Shown here piece by piece: positions 8,594-18,023 of a stretch of 64,000 nucleotides of DNA (within the stretch, counting starts at the first letter, position 1; every line of letters starts with the position of its first letter). The notes under the pieces were generated by a model. That model worked only from the letters and a program-made list of their open reading frames with translations. It searched no databases and was not told the origin of the DNA. This DNA is from a virus. The stretch is taken from IMG/VR virus record IMGVR_UViG_3300017971_000265, positions 13,933 through 77,932 of that record; one strand, written 5' to 3'. A program made the position numbers and the translations under genes.

Positions 8594-9892
8594 ATGTCGC
8601 GACTAGAGTCGATTCGGGCCTTACGGGATGCTGTTGTAGAAAACAAAAGGGTTGGAAATCAGTCTCGTCTTGAATCGGGAGAGAAGCCTCGGTCTAGGAT
8701 CAGGTTGCCAATTTTGCCAACTAAGAAGAAAGAATTGAGGCAGAAAAAAATTGAGTGGAGTGGCATTGATTTCCGTCAATGGCTTACTGACGTCAACGAA
8801 GCGGTAGATTCTATTACTGGGATGGACATGGATATTTTGCCAGAGATGCCTTGGCAGAGCTGGTTCAAAGAAGGGATGGAGCCAGAGGATGCGGCAAGGC
8901 TTGCGCTGGAAGCTGCAGAGTTAGGGGATGATATCTCTGAAGAGGAGGAGGAGTTGAATGAGCGTGGCTTTTTTAGGCCGTCGTATCAAAAATGGATCAG
9001 CAAGCTCGATAAGCGATTAAGAAAAAAGGGAGGGGCTACTCTTTCAGCTCTCAAAAGGGCGGGTCGAGTCTCTAATTCAACTCTCCATTCTATATTTATG
9101 AGCCAGGCCACGGCAGAAATGGCTGCTCGGATGCTGCTTCAGGCCGTAGGAACTCCGATGGAAGATGAAGCAGTGTCTCTTCGGAGGCGCAATTTTGTAT
9201 CGGAGAACCAGATGGAGGATTCTTTTGATCAATTGCGTGACCTAATGGATGAGTTTGGGATTGGTACTAGCCGTCCCCCTGTGACGACACGGGATATTGG
9301 CGAACCAGAGGAAGGGCTCGATGAGGAAAATACATCTTCTTCTCAGGAAACCCATGAGCTTCCTCAGAAGGCCCAGAGTCCTTCTCAGTTGTCCCAAGAC
9401 GTATCAAGTGCCATTGCTGCCGTAAGGGCTGTGGAGGAGAAGGAGCGGGCACACAAGGATGCTCAGAGTGAGATAGAAGAGGCTTCTGTTCAAGGTGGAG
9501 ACTATGGAAGGTGGGGGCCAGCTACGACAGCGGCTGGATCGGCTGGCAGATCCTTAGCGTCGGCCATTGCTAAGGCGAGTGGTGAGAGCTATCATTTTCA
9601 TCAGGAAGGGATGGCTCAAAGTGCGGATGTGGGATCGGATCTTTGGTTTGAGATCGAGCCAAAAAATCCTAAGAGCCCTATTTACTATTTGGGTATCAAG
9701 ATAAAAGGGGACAAGGAAGATCCGCGATGGGATGTTATGCTTAAGAAGGGTGCTGGGCTGGGATCAGCTACTTCGGTTGGGTCGAAACGCGGCATAGAGA
9801 CGTCTAAGTTAAAGGGGGCGATTAACGAACTCAAGGCTGGGTTGAAACAAAAAACGAAAAAGAAGGATGGTGATAAAGATGCGGCCAGTTAA
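8594..9892 (+). CDS. Hypothetical multi-segment protein, possibly a second processed head protein
   Basis: SD GAGGAG; basic segments follow ELNE/R and EIEE/A; internal SLRRRNFVSE motif. Confidence 0.6.
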   Translation: MSRLESIRALRDAVVENKRVGNQSRLESGEKPRSRIRLPILPTKKKELRQKKIEWSGIDFRQWLTDVNEAVDSITGMDMDILPEMPWQSWFKEGMEPEDAARLALEAAELGDDISEEEEELNERGFFRPSYQKWISKLDKRLRKKGGATLSALKRAGRVSNSTLHSIFMSQATAEMAARMLLQAVGTPMEDEAVSLRRRNFVSENQMEDSFDQLRDLMDEFGIGTSRPPVTTRDIGEPEEGLDEENTSSSQETHELPQKAQSPSQLSQDVSSAIAAVRAVEEKERAHKDAQSEIEEASVQGGDYGRWGPATTAAGSAGRSLASAIAKASGESYHFHQEGMAQSADVGSDLWFEIEPKNPKSPIYYLGIKIKGDKEDPRWDVMLKKGAGLGSATSVGSKRGIETSKLKGAINELKAGLKQKTKKKDGDKDAAS

Positions 9893-10175
9893 AGTGAGAC
9901 TTCCGATGCATCACAAAGATCCTGAGACGGGTCAAATAAAAAGCACCTATGCGACCTATCGGGGCTATGAGGCACAAGTCACGGAGGGAGAACGGCAGCG
10001 ATTCCATACGGCACGGCTGTTCTATTTGAAAAACACCAAGGATGAGGATTGTGTATTCAGAGTCAGGGGCAACGGCATCTATGAGATGCAAAAGGTTGGT
10101 CTCAATCGCGTCTTAGCCAGTGGGACAATGATGGATTCGACACCTCCAGAAATTATTCCGCAGATGGGGCAGTAG
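9867..10175 (+). CDS. Hypothetical protein (start may be 9879)
   Basis: Fills the gap before the portal in the operon. Confidence 0.55.
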   Translation: MVIKMRPVKVRLPMHHKDPETGQIKSTYATYRGYEAQVTEGERQRFHTARLFYLKNTKDEDCVFRVRGNGIYEMQKVGLNRVLASGTMMDSTPPEIIPQMGQ

Positions 10176-10178
10176 CGA

Positions 10179-12926
10179 ATGTCTAAGATCTCGCAGGCAT
10201 CGGCCCAATTTATTCGGAATATTTTTGGGCGAGAGAGAGCAAAGAGCGATCTGGCAATTTCGTCTAGGGAGTTGATTAGAACGGCCCAGGGTGGGATGTA
10301 TGGATCTGGAATAGATGTGGGAGGTATCGGAGGTATTGGAGAAGCCCTAGCTCTCGATAGACGTCTCCTCTATCGTTACGGTGACTATGAGGAGATGGAT
10401 GAATACCCCGATATTAATGCGGCCCTGGATATTTATGCTGACGATACTACACAGGTTGATGGGGCTAAGAGACAAAGCGTGTGGGTCGAAAGTGATGATG
10501 GCAAAATCAAGGATGAACTAAATGATCTTTTTCATGAACGTTTAAAGATTGAGGAAAATATCTGGTCTATTGCGAGAACTCTCTCAAAGTACGGGAATGA
10601 TTTCGAAGAAATTGTAGTGGGGGATGGCGGGGTTGTTGATCTTAACTATTTACCTATCGCCAGTGTGAGGCGCGTAGAGGATAAGCGGGGAAACCTCTTA
10701 GGATTTGCACAGACCTTTTCTGGCAACGTGGATATATCGCCGGAACAGTTTGAGAAATTACGAATTCCCGGAGGGGGCGCTGTAGGGCCTCAAAAGGACG
10801 TCGCTGCATTTGAAGATTGGCGTGTTGTGCATATGAGATTGCTCTCGAAGCATCGTGAATCAAAGTATGGATGGAGTGTGGTAGATGCGGCGAGATGGAT
10901 CTGGAAAAGATTGATGCTGCTCGAAGATGCCGTGATGGTTTACAAGTTATGTTTGCGTGGTGACTCTCAGGTATGGACAACAAATGGTAAGAAGGCCATT
11001 AGGGATCTTGAGGAGGGGGAAGAGGTTTTTTCCTACACAAGGGATGATGTCCTGAAAAAGACTAGGGTTGTTTATAAAAAACATAATGGGAAAGATCGAC
11101 TTTTTAGGATTAAAAGCGCCCATCGTGAGCTGTTTGCTAATGCGACACACCCCGTATTGGTTGAGACAATCATTGGCAAGGGAAGTGGCAAATCGTGTGG
11201 GCGCAGGATGGATTATGTCGAGGTAAAGGATCTTAGGCCGGGTGAGCATCGTCTTGTGACTCCTTTTAGGGATGATAGTCTTTGTGAAGATATACCATTG
11301 GTCGTGCCGGAGGCGCTTGACGACAATAAGAAGTTAAATCTACCCAAAGTAGTAAATGCTGATTTTGCAAAATGGTTTGGCTTTATGATCGGTGTTGGTT
11401 TTGCTTCGGCGCGATCTTTTATCGAGGGAGATAGAGCATGTCTGGTCTACGAGGTAGGTTTTGTATCCGGGGACAAGAGGGACATTAATGAGAAGTATCG
11501 AGAACTATTTGCTTCCTTCTTTGGTGAGCCCAAATTTGTGAAAGCTGAGAGGTCCAGGCATGATTGTGTCGGTAAGTTTTTAATATCTTCGAGGGCTCTT
11601 TATGAGTTTATGATATTGAATGGATTTATGGCGCATAACAGACGGATTCCAGAATGGGTCTTTAGGTCTTCAACGGTTGTACGGGAAGCGTTCCTTGAGG
11701 GATTAGCTGATGGCTATTGCGAAGGGGGTGGGGTCAGTGTTGAACGCGGTCGTGTAAGCATATCTCTTGAGTCGTGTAATTTTGAATTGGTCAGAGATGT
11801 ACGTGAACTAGTGATGCAGCTTGGTTTTAGGGTTGGCAAGATTACGTCTAGGGAAAGACCGGATAGTTATCTTCCCGAGACGACTATTTATTGTGTGAGT
11901 TGGAGTTATGATAGGCAACCTATGACTGAGGAGCTGGAAAGTGTTGAAGAGGTCGAGGTTGATGATATTTGGGACATTGGTGTTGAGGCTGATGAGCATA
12001 ATTTCGTAGCGAATGGAATAGTTGTTCATAACACTAGGAGTCCATCTAGGTATGCTTTTTATATTGATGTGGGAAAATCGAATCGACAAGAGGCAGAGCG
12101 GTATGTGCAAGAGGTGATGCAGCGATTGAAGAAGAAGAAGTTTGTGAATCCCAAGACGGGAAAATTGGATCTTAAAAATAACCCCATGGGGATGGATGAA
12201 GACTTCTTTTTGGCAATGCGTGAGGGTAGGGAGCAGACCAGGGTAGAGTCATTAATGGGGCCGTCGTATCAGCAAGTTGACGATGTGGAATATTTTTTAA
12301 ACAAACTCTATGCTGCGATAAGAATCCCCAAGGCGTATCTGGGATATGATCAAAATCTCCCAAGCAAGGCAACCCTAAGTATGGAAGACGTCCGTTTCGG
12401 GCGGACTATTTTGCGCATTCAGCGAGAGGTGCGCAACGGGTTGAGAAAGATTGCTAATGTTGATTTAGCGGCGAGGCGAATAGATCCTGCTGCGACTAAG
12501 TTTGATATAATGATGGCTGTACCGAGTGCCATATTCGAGCTTGGCCAGATGGAGATTAGGCGAGCACGGGCCGATCTCGCCTCTATGATGGAACGGCACG
12601 TATCTCTCTACTGGATCTTGAGCAACATCTATGGTTTGGCAGAGGATGAAATAGCCGAAATAACCAAGCAGAAAAAAACTGAACAAAAGATGATGGGCGG
12701 TGCTGGAGGCGGTATGGGTGGGGGAGGTTTTGAGTCGGTTGATCCCAGGCAGGGCAGGGTAATTAGTGAGCGTGAATTGATGGATGGAAAAAAAGAAGAC
12801 GAGAAACGTGTCGAAGAGATTGTTCACAAGGTGGTAAATGATCCATCGAGTCCGTTGGGTAGGCAACTGCGAGAAACGGGACATCTCGTTCGTGAAATTG
12901 TCCATTCTCTTCATAGTTCTGCATAA
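10179..12926 (+). CDS. Portal protein (T4 gp20-like), intein-containing
   Basis: LMLLEDAVMVYKL/TRSPSRYAFYIDVG, EDFFLAMREG and KLYAAIRIPKAYL match gp20-family motifs. Confidence 0.93.
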   Translation: MSKISQASAQFIRNIFGRERAKSDLAISSRELIRTAQGGMYGSGIDVGGIGGIGEALALDRRLLYRYGDYEEMDEYPDINAALDIYADDTTQVDGAKRQSVWVESDDGKIKDELNDLFHERLKIEENIWSIARTLSKYGNDFEEIVVGDGGVVDLNYLPIASVRRVEDKRGNLLGFAQTFSGNVDISPEQFEKLRIPGGGAVGPQKDVAAFEDWRVVHMRLLSKHRESKYGWSVVDAARWIWKRLMLLEDAVMVYKLCLRGDSQVWTTNGKKAIRDLEEGEEVFSYTRDDVLKKTRVVYKKHNGKDRLFRIKSAHRELFANATHPVLVETIIGKGSGKSCGRRMDYVEVKDLRPGEHRLVTPFRDDSLCEDIPLVVPEALDDNKKLNLPKVVNADFAKWFGFMIGVGFASARSFIEGDRACLVYEVGFVSGDKRDINEKYRELFASFFGEPKFVKAERSRHDCVGKFLISSRALYEFMILNGFMAHNRRIPEWVFRSSTVVREAFLEGLADGYCEGGGVSVERGRVSISLESCNFELVRDVRELVMQLGFRVGKITSRERPDSYLPETTIYCVSWSYDRQPMTEELESVEEVEVDDIWDIGVEADEHNFVANGIVVHNTRSPSRYAFYIDVGKSNRQEAERYVQEVMQRLKKKKFVNPKTGKLDLKNNPMGMDEDFFLAMREGREQTRVESLMGPSYQQVDDVEYFLNKLYAAIRIPKAYLGYDQNLPSKATLSMEDVRFGRTILRIQREVRNGLRKIANVDLAARRIDPAATKFDIMMAVPSAIFELGQMEIRRARADLASMMERHVSLYWILSNIYGLAEDEIAEITKQKKTEQKMMGGAGGGMGGGGFESVDPRQGRVISERELMDGKKEDEKRVEEIVHKVVNDPSSPLGRQLRETGHLVREIVHSLHSSA
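10950..12032 (+). mobile_element. Intein (361 aa) in the portal
   Basis: CLRGDS...ANATHPVL...IWDIGV...HNFVANGIVVHN followed by Thr. Confidence 0.93.
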
Positions 12927-12969
12927 TCTTGTGCATTCATCGTACATACGCCAGAAGTATTCTGAACAT

Positions 12970-13036
12970 ATATCTTTAAAAAAACGTTTTATAACGTTGT
13001 GGTTTATTGACATGCACGCGATTTCATTAAGTAATG
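12970..13036 (+). promoter_or_regulatory. Possible promoter for the head genes
   Basis: AT-rich tract, then TTGACA at 13007-13012 and a weak -10 (AGTAAT) 17 bp downstream. Confidence 0.35.
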
Positions 13037-13070
13037 GAATGTGTGGTTTCATCTTTCGTTAGGAGGAGTA

Positions 13071-13973
13071 ATGAGCCACGGGAAAAATGATATGATTGTA
13101 GAGGCAAAGGTTCTTCATGATTTGCAGAAAGGTTCCTATGAGGAACTTTTGCAATCGTTGGATCGGGCCGTTATCGAAAATCAAGATCTGTTTGGGGACG
13201 ACGCTGTTTTGTTTGCTTCTCACCTAGATAGGGTCATTGTAATCAATGAGGGGGGGCAGTTTTTTTCTGCGAATTATACCAACCGAGACGGGGTGATTAG
13301 GTTTGGAAAGGTCGATGAGTTGGACGTAAATGCGGTGACGGAAGAATCAATCGTTGCCAGTGCTGTAGATAATTTTTTCGAGGGGGAATCGTTGGCTGAA
13401 GGTTTGAAGGGGCTTATGGATTTGCGTCAAGGCATTGATGAGTCGCCCATAGCTAAGACAAGGGAGTCTTTGTCTCGCCTATTTGGTGGGGGTCGATTGT
13501 GGCGCAGATATGTTGATGAGCACAGCGAACGAGTCAGCAATTTTGCTTGGGATGCAGATTATGGTTCTTTAAAGATTGATGTGCGGCCAATTTTTAGTGA
13601 CAGGGGTAGTGATGTTATCGAAGATGAACAAGAGGTAATGTCGGCACTGATCAATTTGGAGCGACGTCTTGTTGAGAGTCTGAATAAAACAACTGAGATT
13701 TACAAGGCTTACCAGGAAGAGACGAAAGATTTGCGAAGTGACGAGGCTGATCAGGTTCTGAGTCGTTTCGAATCTTTCGCTTCTGATTACATCGATCATT
13801 TGACTGAAGTTTCTAACTTTGCATCGAATGCGGTGCGACGTGGGAGAGATGGTAATGTATCTTGTGCCGCCATTACTCATGATGAGATAGCGGCTAGGTT
13901 TAAAGAGTTGGAATTGGGTGGCAGATTTGTCAGGAAAGTTTCATCTCAATTTTTGCAGCAACAATCTGCGTAG
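13071..13973 (+). CDS. Head assembly region protein (prohead core-like)
   Basis: SD AGGAGG before ATG 13071; lies between portal and protease. Confidence 0.6.
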   Translation: MSHGKNDMIVEAKVLHDLQKGSYEELLQSLDRAVIENQDLFGDDAVLFASHLDRVIVINEGGQFFSANYTNRDGVIRFGKVDELDVNAVTEESIVASAVDNFFEGESLAEGLKGLMDLRQGIDESPIAKTRESLSRLFGGGRLWRRYVDEHSERVSNFAWDADYGSLKIDVRPIFSDRGSDVIEDEQEVMSALINLERRLVESLNKTTEIYKAYQEETKDLRSDEADQVLSRFESFASDYIDHLTEVSNFASNAVRRGRDGNVSCAAITHDEIAARFKELELGGRFVRKVSSQFLQQQSA

Positions 13974-13985
13974 GAGGTAAAGAAA

Positions 13986-15233
13986 ATGGCAGTTCGACCT
14001 CTCGAAGAAGATTTCCAACGTTTAGGATTATCACAAGATGAAATCCGTGCGTCACTTCACAATATGGGGCGACCCTTGGGTGAAATGGCAGAGGCGGATC
14101 TCAGCGATGGTTCTGAAGAAGAGGAAGATGAGGACTTCGAGGAATCCTATCTGAGTGATCTGATAGGTCATGACGACGATGAGGCAGAGGACTTTGACGA
14201 GATGTCAGAGGAAGATTATTTTGAGTTTGTTGACAATCTTTCCGATGAAGAGTTGGATAGGTTGCTTGAAAACTCGGAGATGTTCGAGGCGAAGTTTATC
14301 AAGCTTACTCCTTTGGGTACGCGCAAGACGGCTCGCAGGAAGAGGAAGAAATGGCTCAAAACGGCTGCGGGTCAAGCCTATGCAAGAAAGCAGATGCAGA
14401 AGCGAAAGCGTCCCGCTTTTAAAAAGCAAGCCAAGAAGCAGCGTATTAGGCGCAAAAGAGCGGGTGGAGCACGTAAGGGCTATATGATGCGTGCCGGAGT
14501 CGAAAATCCTTCAGAAGGGAAAGAAGCTATACATGAAGATCTCATGGAAAGCTTGACCGATCTCGCTGAGTCGATTGAGCGTGAACCTGTTTCTCGTTTC
14601 GACGAATATGTCACAGCATTTAATGCCCTTGCTGATCTGGGAGAGCTGGGTGCTGCAAAGATCATGGACGAAGACGAAGATGCGGCAATGGACGTCTTGA
14701 ATCTGTCGCTCCAGGCAGAAGAAGTGTTGAAGCTCATGGAGGACATGGGTGGAGCGCTCGACGAAGACGAAGACGAGGTGCTGGAAGAGGCTCTGGCCCA
14801 GCTGATGGAGCTTGCCGGAGAACTCGTCGAGGAGTATGGCTTGCTTCTCGAAGATGAAGACGAGGAAGAGTATGAGGACGAGGAGCTGGAAGAAGATGAG
14901 GAAGAGATCAATCCCTTCCTAGAGGCTGCTGCTTCGCTTCGTGAAGCTAGACGTCCCCCCAAGGGCAAGAAGCGCTTTCTTCTCAATCCTAAGTCCAGAA
15001 AGGCCGTAAAGGGTCGGTCGAAGTGGAGCAAGGCCGGTGGCAATGCTAAGAGGCAGTTGGCTGGACGCAAAGATGTGAGGAATAAGCAGGCTTTGCTTGG
15101 CTATCTCAAGATGGTGAAGGCGGGCAAGGTTGCTCCTGGCCAACCCATTATGATGAGTAAAACCGGGAAGCCCCTCAGCAAGGGTGCGAGAGCTGCCAAG
15201 AAATTGGCTGCGGCCCGAAGGAAAGCTGGCTGA
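13986..15233 (+). CDS. Prohead core/scaffold-like protein with alternating acidic and basic blocks
   Basis: D/E tracts and K/R tracts; position of T4 gp67/gp68. Confidence 0.6.
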   Translation: MAVRPLEEDFQRLGLSQDEIRASLHNMGRPLGEMAEADLSDGSEEEEDEDFEESYLSDLIGHDDDEAEDFDEMSEEDYFEFVDNLSDEELDRLLENSEMFEAKFIKLTPLGTRKTARRKRKKWLKTAAGQAYARKQMQKRKRPAFKKQAKKQRIRRKRAGGARKGYMMRAGVENPSEGKEAIHEDLMESLTDLAESIEREPVSRFDEYVTAFNALADLGELGAAKIMDEDEDAAMDVLNLSLQAEEVLKLMEDMGGALDEDEDEVLEEALAQLMELAGELVEEYGLLLEDEDEEEYEDEELEEDEEEINPFLEAAASLREARRPPKGKKRFLLNPKSRKAVKGRSKWSKAGGNAKRQLAGRKDVRNKQALLGYLKMVKAGKVAPGQPIMMSKTGKPLSKGARAAKKLAAARRKAG

Positions 15234-17995
15234 TGAAAGGTAAGATGCTCCAGATTCTTCGGGAAGGTGAAGAAATTCAGGAGATAGGTATTCCTGAAGG
15301 AAAGACATTGGACGATCTTCTTGAAGACGTCTGTGTCTTGGAATTCAAGCCGGAAGATTTGTGTGAGAGCGAAGATGGTAAGCGCCCATATCTGAAGGGT
15401 AGATTCGGGTTCGTAGATAAGGCAACCGCGAACAAGAGGGTCTATCCTCGCAACATCATGTTGCGTGAGGTGAATCGTATTCTCGAAGATATGCATGCTA
15501 AGGGTGTCTATGGTGAGTTGGATCATCCATGTCTTACGGATAGTGATTTCCGAGTTCTTACCTCAGATGGTTGGAAGGAGTTTAGGGACATTAGGGTTGG
15601 TGACAAAATATGGTCCCGCAAGGATGGCCATGCTGTTTTGTCTACTGTTCGTGGGATTGTGGATGAGCCCTATGATGGAGATGCATACAAGGTCAAGGGT
15701 AGGAGCATTGATGCTATCTTTACACCAGCGCACAAGATGGTGTTGAACAAGAGACCTGATCGATGTGGCAACGATGTACAAGATGAGTATGTGACAATTT
15801 CCGATATTGCAGAGAATCCTGGGAAATATAGTCATTATGCTATTCCGAATAGAGCACAATGGTTTGAGGAAAAGATTGATACTGTTGTTATTCCCGGCGT
15901 ATCTATTCCTAGAGTAAAATCGGCCAGAAACGATGTTTCTGTTGATTTGAAACTAGATGCGAAGGTATATGCTGCCTTTTTGGGAATATACCTGTCTGAA
16001 GGATTTTGTAGTCCTGAAGACACAGATAACTACATTGTCAATATCTATCAGAAGAATGAGTGGTCCAAGAGGTATATTTACGACGAGGTTCTGAGCAAGT
16101 TTCCAAAAGAGCTGGAGTGGCATGAGACTGATAAAGGGTATGCTCTTTCAGATGCTCGTTTGTATTTTTATCTCAAAAAACTCGGTGACGTATACTCAAG
16201 ACATGTGCCAGAGGAAGCAAAAAATCTTGGAATCGATTGTCTCAACGAGCTTATTTTTTGGTTTGCTAATGGAAGACTTGTTTTTAGCAATTCGAAAGAT
16301 GAGAATTGCAATGTAACCAATGGGCAAACTGGGAAGCAAGTTTTAGCTGAAGAGATCAGGGAAGATTTTACCAAACCTTTGACTAGACAGGATGTTTTTT
16401 CAGTATCGAAACGATTGATAGACGACTTGCATGAATGTTTGGTTCGTTCTGGTCGGTCTGGAAGTATTTCTTGCATCTATCCAGATAATGACTATCAGTT
16501 TGCTGGAAGAACAATTCTGGCGGCTAATAAAGTTCCATTATATCAGTTACACATTGAACATAGTTGTCACACATGGATGGACCCTCGCTTTATCTCTATT
16601 GAGAAGATAAAGCATGCCGGTAACATTTATTGTCTAACTGTCGATAATGGTAATTTCTATATGGAAAAAAATGGCTATTCGTTCTGGACTGGAAATAGCG
16701 ATGGAAAAACGAAGTTTTCCCGAGTTAGCCATTTTGTTACCGATGGCGAGATCACAGAAGATGGAGAAATTCGAGGTAAGATTGAATTTATTCCCGGTAC
16801 AATCAACGGGGATCAGGCTCTTGCTATTGCGCGTGCAGGTGGCAGGTTGGGGGTGAGTAGCCGTGGATTCGGTTCTACCGCTCCCGATTCAAAAGGCAAT
16901 GACGTCGTACAGGAAGACTACAAATTGGTAACTTGGGATATTGTTGCCGATCCAGCTAACGCAGGAGCACACCCTGATTTTGTGGTGGAGCATAAGGAGG
17001 CACAGAAGATGGATCTGGATAGACTCAAAAAAGAACATCCCGAATTGGTAGAGGCGATTCAGAAGGAGACCACGGAAGCGGTTGAGTCTGAGGCGCGGAC
17101 CCATGCCAGGGAAGCATTGCGCGAAGAATTCGAAGGACGGCTTCAGGAAGAAGCAGATTCTATCCGAGAGGAAGCTGTTGAAGAAGCTCGTGGCAAATTA
17201 CTCGAAGATCCCGAGGTGGCTGGTTCTGCAACCGCCATTGAAAGGGTCAAAGAGATCGTTGCTCCATTTATCCTTTCGGAGGATGAGAGCAACGAGGTGG
17301 CGAGGCTCAAGAAGAAAATTGTCGCGTTGGAGCAAAAGATCGCTGACCAAGATGAAGCCTTGACTGTTGCGAGAGAGGAGAGTGATGAGCTTTCCGGTAT
17401 CGCTAAGGAGCTTGGGTATCATCTCTATTTGGAACGCGAACTAAGTGACAATGCGCATTTTGAGCAAGTCATGGAAATGCTTGGTGACGTCAGTGAGTAC
17501 GATACTCTGGACCAACTCAAGGATCGTGTTGAGGAGATTTCCGAGGCGCTTTCCGAGCAGGACAAGGTGACAGAGGATTACGAGGTTCGAATTTCTCAGA
17601 TGGAGAAGGAGCTGAATAAAATCACGGAAGAGCGTGATAAGGCTCTTAGTATCGGAAAGCAGTTTGGCCTGCGTGCCTATGTCGAGCGGAAGATTGCAGA
17701 TAACCCAAGGGCTTCGCAGCTGAGGGAGTTTATTGGGAATCAGGCATTCGAAAGCAGAGAAGATGTGGACAAGCTGGTCGAGTCATTTACGGCTGCTAAC
17801 CCTCCCTCAGAGGAATACGAAAAGATCCGTAATGGGATCGAGAAGAGAGGGCAAACGTTGCCGGAGGACATTGGCTCACGTAGTCCCAAGTCGTTGACGG
17901 AAGGAATGGGAGACGTCGCGGGCGTACCCATAAACGAGCTAAGGGAGCGTGCGGAGAGAATGAATCCTCCCCGCGCTTCTGTGGCGCAACAGTAG
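15233..17995 (+). CDS. Prohead protease (T4 gp21-like) with intein, fused to a C-terminal coiled-coil scaffold
   Basis: NKRVYP, GELDHP, GVSSRGFGS, TWDIVADP; long E/K-rich helical tail. Confidence 0.92.
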   Translation: MKGKMLQILREGEEIQEIGIPEGKTLDDLLEDVCVLEFKPEDLCESEDGKRPYLKGRFGFVDKATANKRVYPRNIMLREVNRILEDMHAKGVYGELDHPCLTDSDFRVLTSDGWKEFRDIRVGDKIWSRKDGHAVLSTVRGIVDEPYDGDAYKVKGRSIDAIFTPAHKMVLNKRPDRCGNDVQDEYVTISDIAENPGKYSHYAIPNRAQWFEEKIDTVVIPGVSIPRVKSARNDVSVDLKLDAKVYAAFLGIYLSEGFCSPEDTDNYIVNIYQKNEWSKRYIYDEVLSKFPKELEWHETDKGYALSDARLYFYLKKLGDVYSRHVPEEAKNLGIDCLNELIFWFANGRLVFSNSKDENCNVTNGQTGKQVLAEEIREDFTKPLTRQDVFSVSKRLIDDLHECLVRSGRSGSISCIYPDNDYQFAGRTILAANKVPLYQLHIEHSCHTWMDPRFISIEKIKHAGNIYCLTVDNGNFYMEKNGYSFWTGNSDGKTKFSRVSHFVTDGEITEDGEIRGKIEFIPGTINGDQALAIARAGGRLGVSSRGFGSTAPDSKGNDVVQEDYKLVTWDIVADPANAGAHPDFVVEHKEAQKMDLDRLKKEHPELVEAIQKETTEAVESEARTHAREALREEFEGRLQEEADSIREEAVEEARGKLLEDPEVAGSATAIERVKEIVAPFILSEDESNEVARLKKKIVALEQKIADQDEALTVAREESDELSGIAKELGYHLYLERELSDNAHFEQVMEMLGDVSEYDTLDQLKDRVEEISEALSEQDKVTEDYEVRISQMEKELNKITEERDKALSIGKQFGLRAYVERKIADNPRASQLREFIGNQAFESREDVDKLVESFTAANPPSEEYEKIRNGIEKRGQTLPEDIGSRSPKSLTEGMGDVAGVPINELRERAERMNPPRASVAQQ
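15530..16696 (+). mobile_element. Intein (389 aa) in the prohead protease, directly after GELDHP
   Basis: CLTDSD...FTPAHKM...IYCLTVDNGNFY...WTGN followed by Ser. Confidence 0.9.
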
Positions 17996-18023
17996 TAACT
18001 AATTTTCGGATTGGAGGATAGAC

